DNA of 64,000 nt, taken from Macrostomum lignano (Eukaryota). Both the position numbers and the translations under genes were made by a program. The notes beneath the pieces are model-generated. The model made no database searches, was not told where the DNA came from, and saw only the letters and a program-made list of their open reading frames with translations. The stretch lies in NCBI GenBank assembly GCA_002269645.1, contig NIVC01001750.1, positions 101,253 to 165,252 on the forward strand, given 5' to 3'. Below, piece by piece: positions 62,501-64,000 of the stretch (position 1 is its first letter; the number at the start of each line of letters is the position of its first letter).

Positions 62501-62881
62501 TGTGATTTTTCGGGTTTGTGATGCCCTCCCCCTTGAATAGCAGCTGCTTTGCTGCCATTGTAAACTAACTGCTTTTTGGCTGGCTGAGACAAGTATAGAT
62601 ACAATAAGCTGAAACTCAATAACCTACTCACAGGAGATCAACCAGAACGGAGCAGACGTGGGCCACCTGACAACGGTGCACGATCCCAGCTTCTTTGGCG
62701 GCACAGATTTGCGCTACATCTTCCGCTGGTGGAGCAGCTTTCTATGGCAGAAGTTCTCAGCCACCTGGAAGCCGTGCACCGAGCCGGGAGTCGTCACCAG
62801 GCAGTCATGGTGCTGCACGAGAAGACCTACTTGTTTGGAAAGAATGTCAAGTTTGTTGAGATGACGGTCAGAGCCAACCAG
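50576..62881 (+). CDS. nvd: Neverland/DAF-36-like Rieske-type cholesterol 7-desaturase (partial; frameshift in exon 4)
   Basis: Exons 50576-50903, 54011-54208, 61033-61211, 62634-62881. N-terminal hydrophobic helix, PPVYPNGWY, Rieske ligands YCPHFGANM and [20 protein letters not shown], mononuclear-iron motif region [21 protein letters not shown]. Exon 4 is 248 nt where 249 is needed. Further exons lie beyond the window. Confidence 0.88.
51150..51875. repeat. 28-bp minisatellite (GCTGGCCCAGCAACTGAGGATCTGGGAG)n in nvd intron 1
   Basis: ~25 visible units. Confidence 0.95.
52905..53905. repeat. 30/37-bp G-rich minisatellite (GTCTGGGGGTAGGGGTGGCTGCCTATAACA)n in nvd intron 1
   Basis: Visible tandem units alternating with a longer ...TAATACGAACTA variant. 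Confidence 0.95.
54651..56198 (+). CDS. TUBA: Divergent intronless alpha-tubulin, 515 aa, nested in nvd intron 2
   Basis: MRECISVH start, [43 protein letters not shown] nucleotide loop, [20 protein letters not shown] (alpha-type catalytic Glu), [29 protein letters not shown]. Confidence 0.96.
   Translation: MRECISVHIGQAGVQLGNACWELYCLEHGIRPDGTKLGAAPPVAAHSMYSCSSSCQQPQPQTCCSHDSCPNSEETFFAETQNGSRVPRAMFVDLEPTVIDEVRCGAYRRLFHPDQLVTGLEDAANNFARGRYTIGKELAPQVAETVGRLIERCDFPQGFLVFHSFGGGTGSGFGSLLMEHLANECGKLSRLLFSIYPAPRISTAVVEPYNATLCMRGMRDRSECNFIADNEALYDICRRGLDIERPNYTNLNRLLSQVLSAVTASLRFDGALNVDLAEFQTNLVPYPRIQYPMVNYAPILSPERANHEQLKVWDMTSACFDRSNQLVNCDLQSGRYMACCLLYRGDVAPCEVNMAIQRLRSSERRRVRFVDWCPTGFKVGINGQVPTVVPGGDLAKVPRALCALSNTTAICDAWDRLAYKFDFLYSKRAFVHWFVGEGMEEAEFAEAREFLSCLRRDYEEIDGTVTTPTAGGATVVDDSLSWSQQQPQEQKSQQQQQQQSPEDQQHQANAELENS
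56518..56523 (+). terminator. Putative polyadenylation signal AATAAA of the alpha-tubulin gene
   Basis: AATAAA ~320 bp after the stop codon, followed by a second AATAAA and T-rich sequence. Confidence 0.5.
56680..57052. repeat. 18-bp G-rich minisatellite (GAAGGGAGTAGGGGCAGT)n
   Basis: ~20 nearly perfect units; explains the GSEGSR and FTAPTP ORFs. Confidence 0.97.
58185..58545. repeat. 20-bp minisatellite (GTCCTTATCTCAGATTGGGT)n
   Basis: ~17 visible units. Confidence 0.94.
59170..60660. repeat. 1.5-kb homopyrimidine-rich satellite (CTCTCTCCTATCTCCCC-type units)
   Basis: Almost G-free plus strand; explains the L/S/P 566-aa ORF. Confidence 0.96.
60828..60970. repeat. 23-bp minisatellite (CTGCTGTCTCTCTCAGGTGGTAT)x6
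   Basis: Six visible units just upstream of nvd exon 3. Confidence 0.93.
61920..62525. mobile_element. Foldback/MITE-like palindromic element built from 16-bp subrepeats (GAAATATCATAAACCC)
   Basis: Left arm of direct 16-bp units is mirrored by TTTCGGGTTTATGATA units; the outer non-repetitive ends also match (CCGAAAGCACTTCCCATCATAAA versus TTTATGATGGAAAGCGCTTTCGG). Confidence 0.78.
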
Positions 62882-63019
62882 GTGAGGTCAGGGTGTGGGA
62901 ACTGTTTAGCTTTCTATTATGCTGCTAAATAAATCGATAAACCTATATAAATTGGTTAACTGATTGCTGTTGACTGTTTTTATGTTCCACAGATGATTTG
63001 CAACTAAATATATGGATTT

Positions 63020-63127
63020 ACTGATGAACTGATTGATTGATTTATTGATTGATTGATTAATTGATTGTCTGATTGATTTATTAATTGATTGATTAATTGA
63101 TTGATTAATTGATTGACTGATTGACTA

Positions 63128-63162
<35 letters not shown>

Positions 63163-63205
63163 TGATTGATAGGATTGTTTGATTAATTGATTGACTGATT
63201 GATTA

Positions 63206-63236
<31 letters not shown>

Positions 63237-63713
63237 TCATTGATAGGATTGATTGATTAATTGCTTGACTGATTAATTAACTGATTGATTGATTGATTGG
63301 TTGATTGATTTGATTGATTGATAGGATTGATTGACTAATTAATTGACTGATTAATTAATTGATTGATTGATTGGTTTATTGGTTGGATTGATTGATGATT
63401 GATTGTCTGATTGATTAATTTATTGATTGACTGATTAATTAACTGATTGATTGATTGGTTGGTTGATTGATTGGATTGATTGATAGGATTGATTGACTAA
63501 TTAATTGACTGATTAATTAATTGATTGATTGATTGGTTTATTGGTTGGATTGATTGATGATTGATTGTCTGATTGATTAATTTATTGATTGATTGATTAA
63601 TTGATTGACTGATTGATTGATTGATTGATTGATTGATTAGTTGGTTGATTGATTGATTGATTGACTGATTGACTGGTTGATTGTTGATTGATTGATTGAT
63701 TATTGATTGATTA

Positions 63714-63744
<31 letters not shown>

Positions 63745-63780
63745 TGGTTGATTGATTGACTGATTGATTGATTGATTGAC

Positions 63781-63822
<42 letters not shown>

Positions 63823-63886
63823 GTGATTGATTGACTGATTGATTGATTGAATTGACTGATTAATTGATTGATTAATTGATTTATTA

Positions 63887-63963
<77 letters not shown>

Positions 63964-64000
63964 CTGATTGATTGATTGCCTGATTGATTGATAACTAATT
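63020..64000. repeat. Degenerate (GATT)n microsatellite running to the window end
   Basis: Directly visible. Confidence 0.98.

Noticed and set aside
62991-63010. Next nvd exon after TTCCACAG
   Set aside because: Reads MICN-stop with no similarity to the expected continuation; the true exon 5 is probably beyond the window.

Overview
Eukaryotic (non-mammalian animal) genomic DNA, very rich in repeats, with GT-AG spliced genes. The GC-rich, polyQ-rich exons and minisatellite-filled introns would fit a flatworm such as Macrostomum; that assignment is an unverified inference. Five protein-coding genes were reconstructed by hand from splice sites and reading phase. (1) Sec24A/B-type COPII coat gene, minus strand, 5 exons, ~1036 aa. 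(2) INPP5E inositol polyphosphate 5-phosphatase, plus strand, 9 exons, ~588 aa, ending in a CAAX box. (3) A spliced tyrosine-recombinase gene with two zinc-finger-like motifs and no reverse transcriptase. Its 5' part holds ~8.7 near-identical 655-bp exon+intron units, each adding an in-frame 80-aa cassette exon. (4) A Neverland/DAF-36-type Rieske sterol desaturase: 4 exons visible, an apparent 1-bp frameshift in exon 4, gene runs off the window. (5) An intronless, divergent alpha-tubulin nested on the same strand in Neverland intron 2, with a 24-aa Cys-rich insertion in the K40 loop and a Gln-rich tail instead of EEY. The rest is at least 20 mini/microsatellite arrays, MITE/foldback-like elements, tRNA-derived CORE-type SINEs, a decayed hAT-like transposase in a CpG-depleted block, and a 1205-bp tandem triplication. 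Most ORF-track ORFs are repeat or antisense artefacts. Strongest candidates for new biology: the tyrosine-recombinase gene with its cassette-exon array, possibly inside a ~21-kb block bounded by inverted minisatellite+SINE composites, and the nested atypical alpha-tubulin. Repeat boundaries are approximate (read by eye).
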